Source: Proteobacteria bacterium UBA2996
GTDB lineage: Bacteria > Pseudomonadota > Gammaproteobacteria > Arenicellales > UBA868
Direction: 5' to 3'
Assembly (NCBI GenBank): GCA_002346525.1
Contig: DDZY01000037.1
Coordinates: 1 to 35,834, forward strand
DNA length: 35,834 bases
Positions 9,343 through 17,717 of the stretch are shown here, piece after piece; position 1 is the stretch's first letter, and every line of letters starts with the position of its first letter. The position numbers were made by a program, and so were the translations under genes. The notes beneath the pieces are model-generated. The model saw nothing but the letters and a program-made list of their open reading frames with translations. It was not told where the DNA came from and made no database searches.

Positions 9343-11879
9343 GGCGTGCCGTGTCGCCCGGTAACGTTATGACCCGGCACAGGCACCCGGACGGTGGAAC
9401 TGGTTGTCAGTGTCACACTCCGCAGGTCTTCCGGCTCAAGATTATGAAGTCGTGTCTTGCCCGTACAGCGTGCCATCATCGATGCCTCGCCTGCATTGGC
9501 ATTCAGAATTGCTTTTAAACCCTCCACACGTTCTTCAGGCGTCCTGTCGGATTGCCAACGGATTCCCCCATCATGAATCTCACCACCCATCGCGATCGCC
9601 GAAGTCACGCCGTAAGTCAAAACGCTGGCGCCCATGGCGATAAGACGTGCCGCGTCCGTACCTGACCGCACTCCACCTGCAAAGATAAGCGTCAGAAACT
9701 CCTCTCTTTTCCGTTGTCGCAAGGCCACAACGACTTCAGACAGCAACTCAAAACGCGGCTGAGAAGCCAACTCGTTGCGCCACGAGCCCTGACCGCCCGT
9801 ACTGTCGAGCATCAGAAAGTCGTAATCATGGGCCAGTGCGTAGTCCACGACCTCGTCGATGTCTTCGACGTTGGCAAAACTGATGCCTTTGAGTCGATGG
9901 CTCTCTTGAAGCGGGTCTTCCTTGGCCAACGACTTGTACCATTGTTGCACAACACCGGCGGCTCGGGCATGACCCGATTCGCCAGGCTCGAGAATCTGAA
10001 GCCAATGAACGCTGCCATTGGGCGCAGATTTACTGACGACTCCCGCACCGTTTTCTTCTGCTGCTCGCCACGCCACTTGCCTGATCTCCTCAGGCGCATC
10101 ATCCAGACCACTGACCAGAAATGGCTGCTTCAAGTTGAGATCCGGGCCAAGGTCAATATCGATTCTGCAGGCTTCACGATAAGGATCAATGACCAGGCGT
10201 GAAAGATTTGCCGGCAGAAAAACCAGGTCGTCCAAAGAGGCGGGGCGTTCAGCGGGGTAAGGATTATCCCGAGGGCTAAGCCGCCTTTGCAGCATAGCCT
10301 GATGCTTATCAACATCTTTTGGGTGCGTTCGAGCCATCGAAAAAAGATCTTCCCGATGATGAACCGAGTAATCGGTCGACCCGGTTTCGGCGTCGCATCG
10401 ATAGCATCGGGCGGCTTCCCGCATCGCGGCGGTCTCATCGTAGGTGTCCTCAATCTCCGGAAAACTTGCGGGCTCCTCACCGACACCGTGAAATACCGGC
10501 TCTTCAAGAGCGAATTGCTCCCATTTGAGATCTTGGGCCACCGGCACACGCCGGGTGCGGTATGGCGTGCGATATGGAATCGGTGAATCGATATTCTCCA
10601 GCGCAGCACGAACATAGTAAGCAGCCCGCTGACCATGCTGCATCGCCATCACGATCGTAGAGCCGCCGAAGGCGCCATCACCCGCGGCAAAGACTTTCGG
10701 ATCCGCGGTGCGCATCGTCGTGAAATCAGTACGAACCCGGTCGACATCCATCAGGCCGGCAGCATCCAATGCCTGGTTGGCTCCTTTTTGCCCCACGGCA
10801 GCGATCACCATTCCACACGAAATCTCAAAGGCACTCCCTTCAACAACCACGGGGGAGCGACGTCCATCCTCATCAGGCGGTCCCGCTTCCGTACGCACAC
10901 ACTGCAGCGCAAGACTGCCGCCCAGGTCCGAAATGCCCGTCTGCATGGTGTTGTAGACAAATTCAATACCTTCTTTTTGCGCATGATGTAACTCGATCTT
11001 GCGCGCCGGTATCTCCTCCGGGCCGCGCCGGTACACTACTTTGACGGTCTTGCAGCCCGGCAGACGCAAAGCCGCTCTACACGCGTCCATCGCAACGTCG
11101 CCTCCGCCTACGACAACAACGGTTTCTGGCATCTGAGGACGCTCACCGGCGTTGATCCGCCTGAGGAAACTCACACCGTCCTCCACGTTGGGATGATCTT
11201 CTCCGGGAATTCCCATCGGTTTTCCCCACCATGAGCCGATCGTCAACAAAACTGAGTCGTGCCGCTCTTTCAACTCATCAAGAGACACCTCACGACCAAG
11301 CGCTGTGCTGAGATGAACGGTAAGTCCGGGACACTGATGCTGAAGACGCTGAATATCCTCTTCAATAATTCCCGAGGGCAGTCGAAACTGAGGGATACCC
11401 CAGACCATGGTACCGCCCAATCGGTCAGTCATTTCATAGACCGACACCGAAAACCCCGCTTTACACAGCTCAAAGGCAGCGGTCAGTCCAGCGGGACCCG
11501 ACCCCACAATGCCGACGGTCTCCTTGCGGGATACCTCAAACCGGGTTTTGGGCAGATCCGTACCCAACTTATCCATGACAAAACGTTTGAGATTGCGGAT
11601 CTGTACCGCACCGTCGCTGCTTTCACGGCGACAGGCAGGCTCACAGGGGGCATCACATACCCGTCCACAGATCGAACTGAACGGATTGGTCGCGGTAATT
11701 GCCTCGAATGCCTCGGGGTACTGTTTTTCCCAGATGTAACCGATATAAGACGGCGCATCTGTTCCTATTGGGCAGGCAACCTGGCATGGGGCAGGCACAT
11801 AGTGCGGATCGGAGGTGTCGTCTGAAAACCCAGGTGGCGACATCGGCACGCTGATTCGCTCAAGACCGTAAACACTCAT
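9339..11879 (-). CDS. GltD-like NAD(P)H/FAD Fe-S oxidoreductase fused to a degenerate glutamate-synthase FMN-barrel (MgsC-like) domain
   Basis: N-terminal part: PCQVACP, CGRVCDAPCEPACRR, GSGPAG, VVGGGDVAMD, VYRRG, FAAGD, EAARCYRCD. C-terminal ~300 aa: LDDLVFLPANLSRLVIDPYREAC, AGGVRSGTDAARLIAMGA, MARCTGKTRLHNLEPEDLRSVT. Confidence 0.8.
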   Translation of the reverse strand: MSVYGLERISVPMSPPGFSDDTSDPHYVPAPCQVACPIGTDAPSYIGYIWEKQYPEAFEAITATNPFSSICGRVCDAPCEPACRRESSDGAVQIRNLKRFVMDKLGTDLPKTRFEVSRKETVGIVGSGPAGLTAAFELCKAGFSVSVYEMTDRLGGTMVWGIPQFRLPSGIIEEDIQRLQHQCPGLTVHLSTALGREVSLDELKERHDSVLLTIGSWWGKPMGIPGEDHPNVEDGVSFLRRINAGERPQMPETVVVVGGGDVAMDACRAALRLPGCKTVKVVYRRGPEEIPARKIELHHAQKEGIEFVYNTMQTGISDLGGSLALQCVRTEAGPPDEDGRRSPVVVEGSAFEISCGMVIAAVGQKGANQALDAAGLMDVDRVRTDFTTMRTADPKVFAAGDGAFGGSTIVMAMQHGQRAAYYVRAALENIDSPIPYRTPYRTRRVPVAQDLKWEQFALEEPVFHGVGEEPASFPEIEDTYDETAAMREAARCYRCDAETGSTDYSVHHREDLFSMARTHPKDVDKHQAMLQRRLSPRDNPYPAERPASLDDLVFLPANLSRLVIDPYREACRIDIDLGPDLNLKQPFLVSGLDDAPEEIRQVAWRAAEENGAGVVSKSAPNGSVHWLQILEPGESGHARAAGVVQQWYKSLAKEDPLQESHRLKGISFANVEDIDEVVDYALAHDYDFLMLDSTGGQGSWRNELASQPRFELLSEVVVALRQRKREEFLTLIFAGGVRSGTDAARLIAMGASVLTYGVTSAIAMGGEIHDGGIRWQSDRTPEERVEGLKAILNANAGEASMMARCTGKTRLHNLEPEDLRSVTLTTSSTVRVPVPGHNVTGRHGTP

Positions 11880-13834
11880 GACAGCGCCCCCATGGGCTCC
11901 CGCGAAGCCGCCGCCATCGAAGGTTCGTACGGCAAGCCCGTGATATCGGCTGCCTCAGGGGTTAAAGCGACCAGGTCATCTCTATTGAGACCCGTCACAT
12001 CATCATAGCCAAGTGCCTGGGTGATTGCTGCAATCTGCCAGCGGACGCTTTCCAGGAATCGATGAATGTTGCTGGCTTCGACCTCGGGCTGGTAACGCTT
12101 TTCGTGCTCAGGATCCTGCGTCGCAATACCGGTGACACATTGCCCAATGTGGCACTGCATGCATGAGATACACCCGCCCGCCACAATAACAGATGTCCCG
12201 AACGCCACGGCGTCCGCACCTAAGCACAGAGCCTTCACTGCGTCGACTCCGTCGCGAAGTCCTCCCATCAGGACCAACTGGATTTTGTCCCGGGCGTCAA
12301 TCTCTTCAAGCGCCTCGATCGCCTCAATAATCGCGGGCAGCGTGGGAATACCGACGTTGTCGATCACCTCCGCGCTGCCTGCGCCAGTCGACCCCTGCAT
12401 GCCGTCCAGTTCGACGAAATCGAATCCGTCCTTGGAGGCGATCTTGATATCGTCACGGATTCTTCCGGCACCCAACTTCACACTGACCGGCACCTCATAC
12501 CCAGTCGCTTCACGAAACTCCTCGACCTTGATGACAAGATCATCCGCCCCAAGAATATCGGGGTGGCGTGAAGGCGAACGCAAATCAATGCCGGAGGGAA
12601 TGCCTCGGATTTCGGCGAGCTCCGGAGTCACTTTTTTGGCCATTAACTGTCCGCCGAGGCCCGGCTTTGCACCTTGGGAAATATAAATTTCCAGTGCATC
12701 AGCCCGGCGCATGTCATGGATGTTCCAGCCCAATCGTCCGCCAAGGCACTGGAAAATCAATTGACCGGCAGCATCACGCTGCGCATCGCTCATCCCGCCC
12801 TCGCCCGTGTTTTCTGCAATACCGGACATGGCCGATCCCATCGCAATGGCGTACTTCGTCGAGCGGCTTAACGCCCCGTAACTCATCGGAGCAATCATCA
12901 CAGGCATACTGAGCTTTAGGGGTCGTGCTCCATTGATTCCACCGATCTCGGTTGCCATGCGGACCTTTGATACCACATCGCGGTCGGCTCCGGCTTGTGT
13001 CAAGTCCTTGCGAAACCCGATGTCACTGAGGTGCGGCAAGGGCCGGGCCCCGCCGTAGCCACGAATTCGATAACGACCGCTCTGCGCTTTGACCGTTATG
13101 TCCTCCTGCACCTTTGGATTCCAATACGCAGAATCCCCCGAGAAAGTGTTAAAGGGAATGCTACGCATCGGTGTTTCGGGAGTACCGTAGCGCAGTTTCT
13201 TGCCCGCGTTGACGATCTTGGAAAAGCCTTTGGGCGCCTTGATGCCGTAGCGATCAAGAAATTCGTGCACGCTCTGGATCTCTTTGGAGTCAACATCAGT
13301 CAGCATCGCATCTGAGCCGAGATCCTGAACGTTGCCCGCCACAAAGATCTCGCCACTCGACATATCCTCCCCAACCCTTTCACCCGAATCACCCAGGATG
13401 ATGATCCGGCCGCCGTACATCATGTAGCCGGCCATGAAGTTCGCATTCCCAGCACAGCACAACGTGCCGGCTTTCATCACCTGCCCTGCTCTTGACCCCA
13501 TATTGCCCTTAATCACAATCTCGGCACCACGGATCGCAACTCCGGGGATCGCGCCAGCGTTTCCGCCCACTACTACCGAACCGCTATACATGTTGTCGCC
13601 GACCCCCCAGCCCACGTTGTGGGAAACATAAAAGCACGCCTGGTCGGTGAGCCCGGCGCAGAAATAGCCGGCGGAGCCCTGGACGTTGACATTGATCGGA
13701 GCGGTCAGGCCTACACCGATATGATGGCGGGCATCGGGGTTCAGAATCTCGACTACTTCCCCGGCTTCACCCAATGTTCGAAGCTGAGCATTCGCCTCGC
13801 GAACGCTCAGTTCGGCTAAATCGATCGAGACCAT
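11876..13834 (-). CDS. Fused GXGXG (MgsB/GltB3-like) + FMN-binding glutamate synthase (MgsC/GltB2-like) protein
   Basis: The N-terminal ~215 aa carry Gly-rich beta-helix repeats (GSAGYFCAG, NVGWGVGDNMYSG, GNMGSRAGQVMKAG). The rest has PMSYGALS, NTGEGG, SQGAKPGLGG, RSPSRHPD, VSVKLG, MGGLRDG and GCISCMQCHIGQCVTGIATQDP. Confidence 0.85.
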   Translation of the reverse strand: MVSIDLAELSVREANAQLRTLGEAGEVVEILNPDARHHIGVGLTAPINVNVQGSAGYFCAGLTDQACFYVSHNVGWGVGDNMYSGSVVVGGNAGAIPGVAIRGAEIVIKGNMGSRAGQVMKAGTLCCAGNANFMAGYMMYGGRIIILGDSGERVGEDMSSGEIFVAGNVQDLGSDAMLTDVDSKEIQSVHEFLDRYGIKAPKGFSKIVNAGKKLRYGTPETPMRSIPFNTFSGDSAYWNPKVQEDITVKAQSGRYRIRGYGGARPLPHLSDIGFRKDLTQAGADRDVVSKVRMATEIGGINGARPLKLSMPVMIAPMSYGALSRSTKYAIAMGSAMSGIAENTGEGGMSDAQRDAAGQLIFQCLGGRLGWNIHDMRRADALEIYISQGAKPGLGGQLMAKKVTPELAEIRGIPSGIDLRSPSRHPDILGADDLVIKVEEFREATGYEVPVSVKLGAGRIRDDIKIASKDGFDFVELDGMQGSTGAGSAEVIDNVGIPTLPAIIEAIEALEEIDARDKIQLVLMGGLRDGVDAVKALCLGADAVAFGTSVIVAGGCISCMQCHIGQCVTGIATQDPEHEKRYQPEVEASNIHRFLESVRWQIAAITQALGYDDVTGLNRDDLVALTPEAADITGLPYEPSMAAASREPMGALS

Positions 13835-14733
13835 GTAGCGTAGGTTCCTGGTGCGGGTTCACGTGTGTTCAGCGCTTTGCCCGGAAAAAGCCGGTTCAGC
13901 GATACCTCTTCAGAAGCAATGGCGACCAGATCATCATCCTCGTACATGATCATCGGCTTAGCCGCCAGTCGGTCCTTGGCATAGCCGATCTCATCGCCAG
14001 TCGAGACGAGAAAGGAAAACGTTCCGTCGAGATCATCGATCGAAGTCGACAACGCGTCCTGAAGCTTTATACCCTGTGCAAGCTTGTCAGCAAGATAGAC
14101 CGCAATGAGTTCGCTGTCGTTATCCGTGGTGAATTCAAAACCGCGTTGCTCCAGCCGCCGGCGCATCTTCCAGTAGTTGGTAATCTGGCCGTTATGCACG
14201 ATCGCCACATCGGCAAAGCCTGTTGCCCAGAAAGGATGGGAGGCCTCCGGCTTGACGTCGCTTTCTGTGGCGAGACGCACATGACCCAGACCATGCGTGC
14301 CATGAAACTGGTTTACGTGATAGCGGTCATCAACATCATGCGCACTGCCAACATCCTTCACAATCTCAAGGCTCGTGCCGATCGAGATGACCTTGGCGGC
14401 GTGCTCCATCTCGTAGGAAAGTTTCTGTACGTCTCCGTCATACAGAATGGTCACACGGTAATTGTCGCCGGCGCGGGCTTCTTCTTCGATTCCTGCGCCG
14501 AGATCCATGAGTCGCTGACGGATCGCGGCAATCGCTGCGCTATCGTCTGCGTCACTCTCCGGATCAATAAAAAAGCGCAACTTCAGCCGACCCGACGCTT
14601 CAGGCGCATACAGTGCAAATCCCGTTGAATCAGGACCCCGATGCTGGCAACCGTCCAGCATCCGGATCAACGCCTCCCCGGTGTCGAAGTCTTTATCGCT
14701 ACCCCGATACATCACACCCGCAATACCACACAT
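13816..14733 (-). CDS. mgsA: Class II (Ntn) glutamine amidotransferase, MgsA-like (module 1)
   Basis: True start MCGIAG at 14733 after AAGGAAGAG (Cys2 nucleophile); HRGPDSTG, GHVRLATES, HPFW, VHNGQITNY, DSELIA. Confidence 0.8.
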   Translation of the reverse strand: MCGIAGVMYRGSDKDFDTGEALIRMLDGCQHRGPDSTGFALYAPEASGRLKLRFFIDPESDADDSAAIAAIRQRLMDLGAGIEEEARAGDNYRVTILYDGDVQKLSYEMEHAAKVISIGTSLEIVKDVGSAHDVDDRYHVNQFHGTHGLGHVRLATESDVKPEASHPFWATGFADVAIVHNGQITNYWKMRRRLEQRGFEFTTDNDSELIAVYLADKLAQGIKLQDALSTSIDDLDGTFSFLVSTGDEIGYAKDRLAAKPMIMYEDDDLVAIASEEVSLNRLFPGKALNTREPAPGTYATWSRSI

Positions 14734-14772
14734 AAATACTCTTCCTTTAACAGACTTGTCTGGCAGCAGTCG

Positions 14773-14832
14773 AGCGTACGCCTTTGGTTGATTTAATTCA
14801 ACTGGTGGAAACAATGTTTCCCGGCAGGAAAC
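14773..14832 (-). promoter_or_regulatory. Sigma70-type promoter of module 1 with two tandem operator-like palindromes
   Basis: Minus strand TTGAAT (14801-14796), 17-bp spacer, TACGCT (14778-14773). Palindrome GTTTCC-N5-GGAAAC at 14816-14832 and an imperfect copy ATTCAA-N5-GGAAAC at 14796-14812 overlapping the -35. Confidence 0.6.
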
Positions 14833-14842
14833 GACTGACTCA

Positions 14843-14874
14843 AAGAAAAGCCCGGATGAAGCCGGGCTATTCTT
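14843..14874 (-). terminator. Intrinsic terminator after tmm
   Basis: Minus strand AGCCCGG-cttcat-CCGGGCT followed by TTTCTTT, just past the tmm stop. Confidence 0.8.
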
Positions 14875-14890
14875 GTCTTTCAGATTTATC

Positions 14891-16234
14891 TCAACTGGAC
14901 TTCAAGTACGCCTCCATGGAGTCGTCCATGGCTTTTAACCACGTTGTGTGATGTACAGGCTGTGGGGTGCCGGTCATCAGGGAAGGATAGGCATTGTCGC
15001 GGAAAGTCATGATGTTCTCGTGCTTGTGGTGCTCCCACTCCATGAAGGTCTTATTGACCGCTTCTACATCGAAACTCGGGTAGTCCGTTTCATCAATGAG
15101 ATCCTGTACGTAGTCGCCCTGGAACCAGATCATCTGCTCGTCATCTTCAAGTTTTTCTTCCCGATCACGCCAGGTCTGGCTATGTTGGCGCATGGTCCCA
15201 AGATCAGGGAGTTCAATCCTGCCCATGATGTAGTCACGCGCATACCAGGCCTGTGCATCAAACATGTTGAAGGTGTAGAACTGATCCTGCATACCGAGGT
15301 ACATCAGACGGGGGTTGTCCTCCCAGAACACGCCCTTGTAAAGATTAAGCGGCCACAGTCGATTATCCGTTTGGAGTCGCAACTCATCCGGCAAGAAGGG
15401 AAAATGATGCAGGTATCCGGTACACATGATGATCGCGTCGATCTCCTTGCTCGAGCCGTCTTTGAAGTGACAGGTATTCTTGTCCACCCGAGTCAACAAT
15501 GGCACCTCTTCCCAGTTATCCGGCCAATGGAAGCTCATCGGTGCCGTACGGTGCGAAACCGTAATTGTCCGGGCTCCGTATTTGTAGCACTGTGACCCGA
15601 TATCCTCGGCGGAGTAACTGGTGCCGATGATCAGAATATCCTTGCCTTTGAACTCAAGCGCATCGCGAAAATCATGCGCGTGCATGACCCGCCCGTTGAA
15701 AGTCTCAAGACCGTCAAACTTCGGCACGTTGGGCGTCGAGAAATGTCCCGTTGCCACCACCACGTTGTCGAAGTCTTCGGTATACATCCGGTCGTCGGTG
15801 AGGCTATGAACGGTCACTGAGAAATTCTGTTGGTCCTCGTTGTACTCAACGCGCCGGACGGCTGTTGAAAAGCGAATCTGGTCGCGCACTCCTGCTTTTT
15901 CGACACGCCCCTTGATGTAGTCCCAAAGGACCGCACGCGGCGGATAGGAAGCAATCGGTCGACCAAAGTGCTCTTCAAAGGTGTAGTCTGCGAACTCCAG
16001 GCACTCCTTTGGGCCGTTGGACCACAAGTAGCGATACATACTGCAGTGGACAGGCTCGCCATATTCGTCAGTACCGGTGCGCCACGTGTAATTCCATATC
16101 CCACCCCAGTCTGACTGGCGTTCAAAGCAGGCTACTTCGGGCACGTCAGCGCCTTTCTCTTTGGCCGACTGAAATGCCCGAAGTTGCGCCAGCCCGCTTG
16201 GACCCGCTCCGATTACTGCAACTCGTTTTGTCAT
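14891..16234 (-). CDS. tmm: Trimethylamine monooxygenase (bacterial flavin-containing monooxygenase)
   Basis: Start [14 protein letters not shown] at 16234 after [38 protein letters not shown] motif [40 protein letters not shown]. 447 aa; tdm and tmoXWV nearby. Confidence 0.93.
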   Translation of the reverse strand: MTKRVAVIGAGPSGLAQLRAFQSAKEKGADVPEVACFERQSDWGGIWNYTWRTGTDEYGEPVHCSMYRYLWSNGPKECLEFADYTFEEHFGRPIASYPPRAVLWDYIKGRVEKAGVRDQIRFSTAVRRVEYNEDQQNFSVTVHSLTDDRMYTEDFDNVVVATGHFSTPNVPKFDGLETFNGRVMHAHDFRDALEFKGKDILIIGTSYSAEDIGSQCYKYGARTITVSHRTAPMSFHWPDNWEEVPLLTRVDKNTCHFKDGSSKEIDAIIMCTGYLHHFPFLPDELRLQTDNRLWPLNLYKGVFWEDNPRLMYLGMQDQFYTFNMFDAQAWYARDYIMGRIELPDLGTMRQHSQTWRDREEKLEDDEQMIWFQGDYVQDLIDETDYPSFDVEAVNKTFMEWEHHKHENIMTFRDNAYPSLMTGTPQPVHHTTWLKAMDDSMEAYLKSS

Positions 16235-16325
16235 AAAACTCTCTCCTTGAAAATCCTCATTTAATTTTTGCGCCTCGGGGCTTGGGCTTGTCCTCAGATC
16301 CTTGGCCTGTGCGATCCCGCTGTCT

Positions 16326-16365
16326 TTATTCCCGCAGCTCTTATTCCCGCAACTCTTCCCACAGC
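16326..16365. repeat. Short tandem repeat (15-bp unit, about 2.7 copies) upstream of tmm
   Basis: TTATTCCCGCAGCTC (16326-16340), TTATTCCCGCAACTC (16341-16355), partial TTCCCACAGC (16356-16365). Confidence 0.75.
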
Positions 16366-16542
16366 ATCCATTTACACACTTAAACGACTTCTCTGCAGCC
16401 CGCAGTCGAACTATCCCATGATCATCGCATGGGTAATTGATCAAGATCAATGATGCATCGCGAGTGGATCAAGATATGATGAGATATCAATTTTGGGACT
16501 TCCCGAGCAGCCGTCGGGCGAATTTCCACCAACCCAATCGAG

Positions 16543-16920
16543 ATGACATCCATGAGTAATGACAATACCGTTCCCTGGCAGGGTCCTCGGCGAATCGTCA
16601 ATTTATACGACACGCCTTACGAACCTTACGATCTTGAGGGCGAGGTCCAGGACAATATTCACCTTCTGAATATCAGTTACGACCGAGACCATGCCACAGG
16701 CTGGTACGTCATCCGGATGGAGCCTGGAACCGCTTCCATCCCCCATGAACACGCCAAGCACGAGGAGTACTTGATCCTCGAGGGAGAACTGATCGAAAGC
16801 GACGGAACTGTCTTAAAAAAGGGCGATTTCATCAGTTACTCGCCCGGCAGTTTTCACAACTCACGAACCGAAACAGGCTGTCTACTTATTGGTCATGACC
16901 GCGATCCGTATGCAGATTAA
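16543..16920 (+). CDS. Small metal-binding cupin (ChrR/Cupin_7-like), divergent from tmm
   Basis: RMEPG.SIPHEHAKHEEYLILEG...GDFISYSPGSFHNSRTETGC, giving cupin motifs 1 and 2. Confidence 0.8.
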   Translation: MTSMSNDNTVPWQGPRRIVNLYDTPYEPYDLEGEVQDNIHLLNISYDRDHATGWYVIRMEPGTASIPHEHAKHEEYLILEGELIESDGTVLKKGDFISYSPGSFHNSRTETGCLLIGHDRDPYAD

Positions 16921-16976
16921 CTGACGGCGACACCTTGGGTCACGCTGTCAACGGAATCAGGCTAATCGCCGGCTCA

Positions 16977-17324
16977 TCACCACAGCTTGAGATAGCGGCT
17001 GACTTCCCAGTCTCTAACGTGGGTGAGGTACTCATCCTGCTCAGTCCTCTTGAAGTCGGCATACGTCTTGGCCATGAGTTCGCCCATCACCTTGCGCCCC
17101 AGATCGTCGGTCTCGAATACATCAGCCGCCTGTGCGACAACCCTCTTTAAGATGTTTCGACTGTAGGGCTCAACGAACTTACCTTCGCACCAAAGATCGC
17201 TCGCAACCCAAGCGGTGTCTTTCCGCCACGGCAGCACAATGATACTGGTGGGATCAGAACGCGAGGAAACTTCTTCATCACTGACATCCGAAGGCACGTC
17301 ATCGAGCGCCGGCCCTGTACAAAG
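16977..17324 (-). pseudogene. Internally deleted remnant of a GlnT/GmaS-like glutamine synthetase-family gene
   Basis: Frame reads LCTGPALDDVPSDVSDEEVSSRSDPTSIIVLPWRKDTAWVASDLWCEGKFVEPYSRNILKRVVAQAA, joined directly to DVFETDDLGRKVMGELMAKTYADFKRTEQDEYLTHVRDWEVSRYL. These halves align by eye to the gmaS N-terminal segment (PDPASLIQLPWKPEVGWLAGDL...SPRVALKAQIAKAA) and C-terminal segment (VFEKSKILRTGLGDDLVDSYAKLKHQDW...SQWE). The catalytic core is missing, and there is an in-frame TAA at 17339-17337. Confidence 0.8.
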
Positions 17325-17565
17325 GAAAGGCTGGAATTATTAATACAAAACCAAACATTACTCTATTAAAGTGAGATTCCTATTTATACCTATGTTAAAA
17401 CTTATTTTTTGAGTTTGTATAAAAATGGTATTGAATAATTAGTCAGTTTTCTCTCATAAATAGTTAATTTATTTACAAATTTAAATTAATTATTCTATTT
17501 ACCCAATTTTCTATAAAGAATACTATTTGGCCTATTTATGTTGTTTTTATAGTAAACTGATCGTC

Positions 17566-17717
17566 CATCTGGGCTGAAGTTTCGGCTCCGATGCACCTGG
17601 TCATCATGCCGGTGCGAACAATGTGGGAGGGCGCCTCAGGCCTCAGACTGACGTTTTGCACCAGGCTGTCGCCGAAGCGCTCTCCCTAAAACTCAATCAA
17701 AATGGGAGACATGCAAT
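17566..17717 (+). promoter_or_regulatory. Structured GC-rich 5' leader of amt with possible RBS-sequestering alternative fold
   Basis: Hairpins at about 17566-17593 and 17593-17615. GGGAGGGCGC (17625-17634) can pair with GCGCTCTCCC (17677-17686), whose TCTCCC can instead pair with the SD GGGAGA (17704-17709). Confidence 0.4.

Noticed and set aside
13774-14628. Long antisense ORFs (also 14948-15595, 29372-30082, 30996-31850, 32159-32893, 32953-33648) and the same-strand alternate-frame ORF 24725-25420
   Set aside because: They are shadows of well-supported genes in GC-rich DNA and carry no motifs.
9339-14733. Ordinary glutamate synthase gltBD
   Set aside because: The genes are split and permuted, lack the GltB central domain, and are linked to gmaS and tmm. 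An ordinary GOGAT function is unlikely but not excluded without an assay.
16235-16450. Cys-rich N-terminal extension of Tmm ([14 protein letters not shown]) as a metal-binding domain
   Set aside because: It is only the translation of a 15-bp DNA repeat. A strong SD precedes MTKRVAVIG at 16234, where FMO homology begins.
17592-17675. NtrC sites upstream of amt (TGCACC)
   Set aside because: Spacing does not fit TGCACC-N5-GGTGCA, and I saw no sigma54 GG-N10-GC promoter with convincing context.
17620-17690. Glycine riboswitch (GGGAG, CTCAGG and GCCGAAG words present)
   Set aside because: The elements are in the wrong order; glycine aptamers run GGAGA...CCGAAG...CTCAGG.
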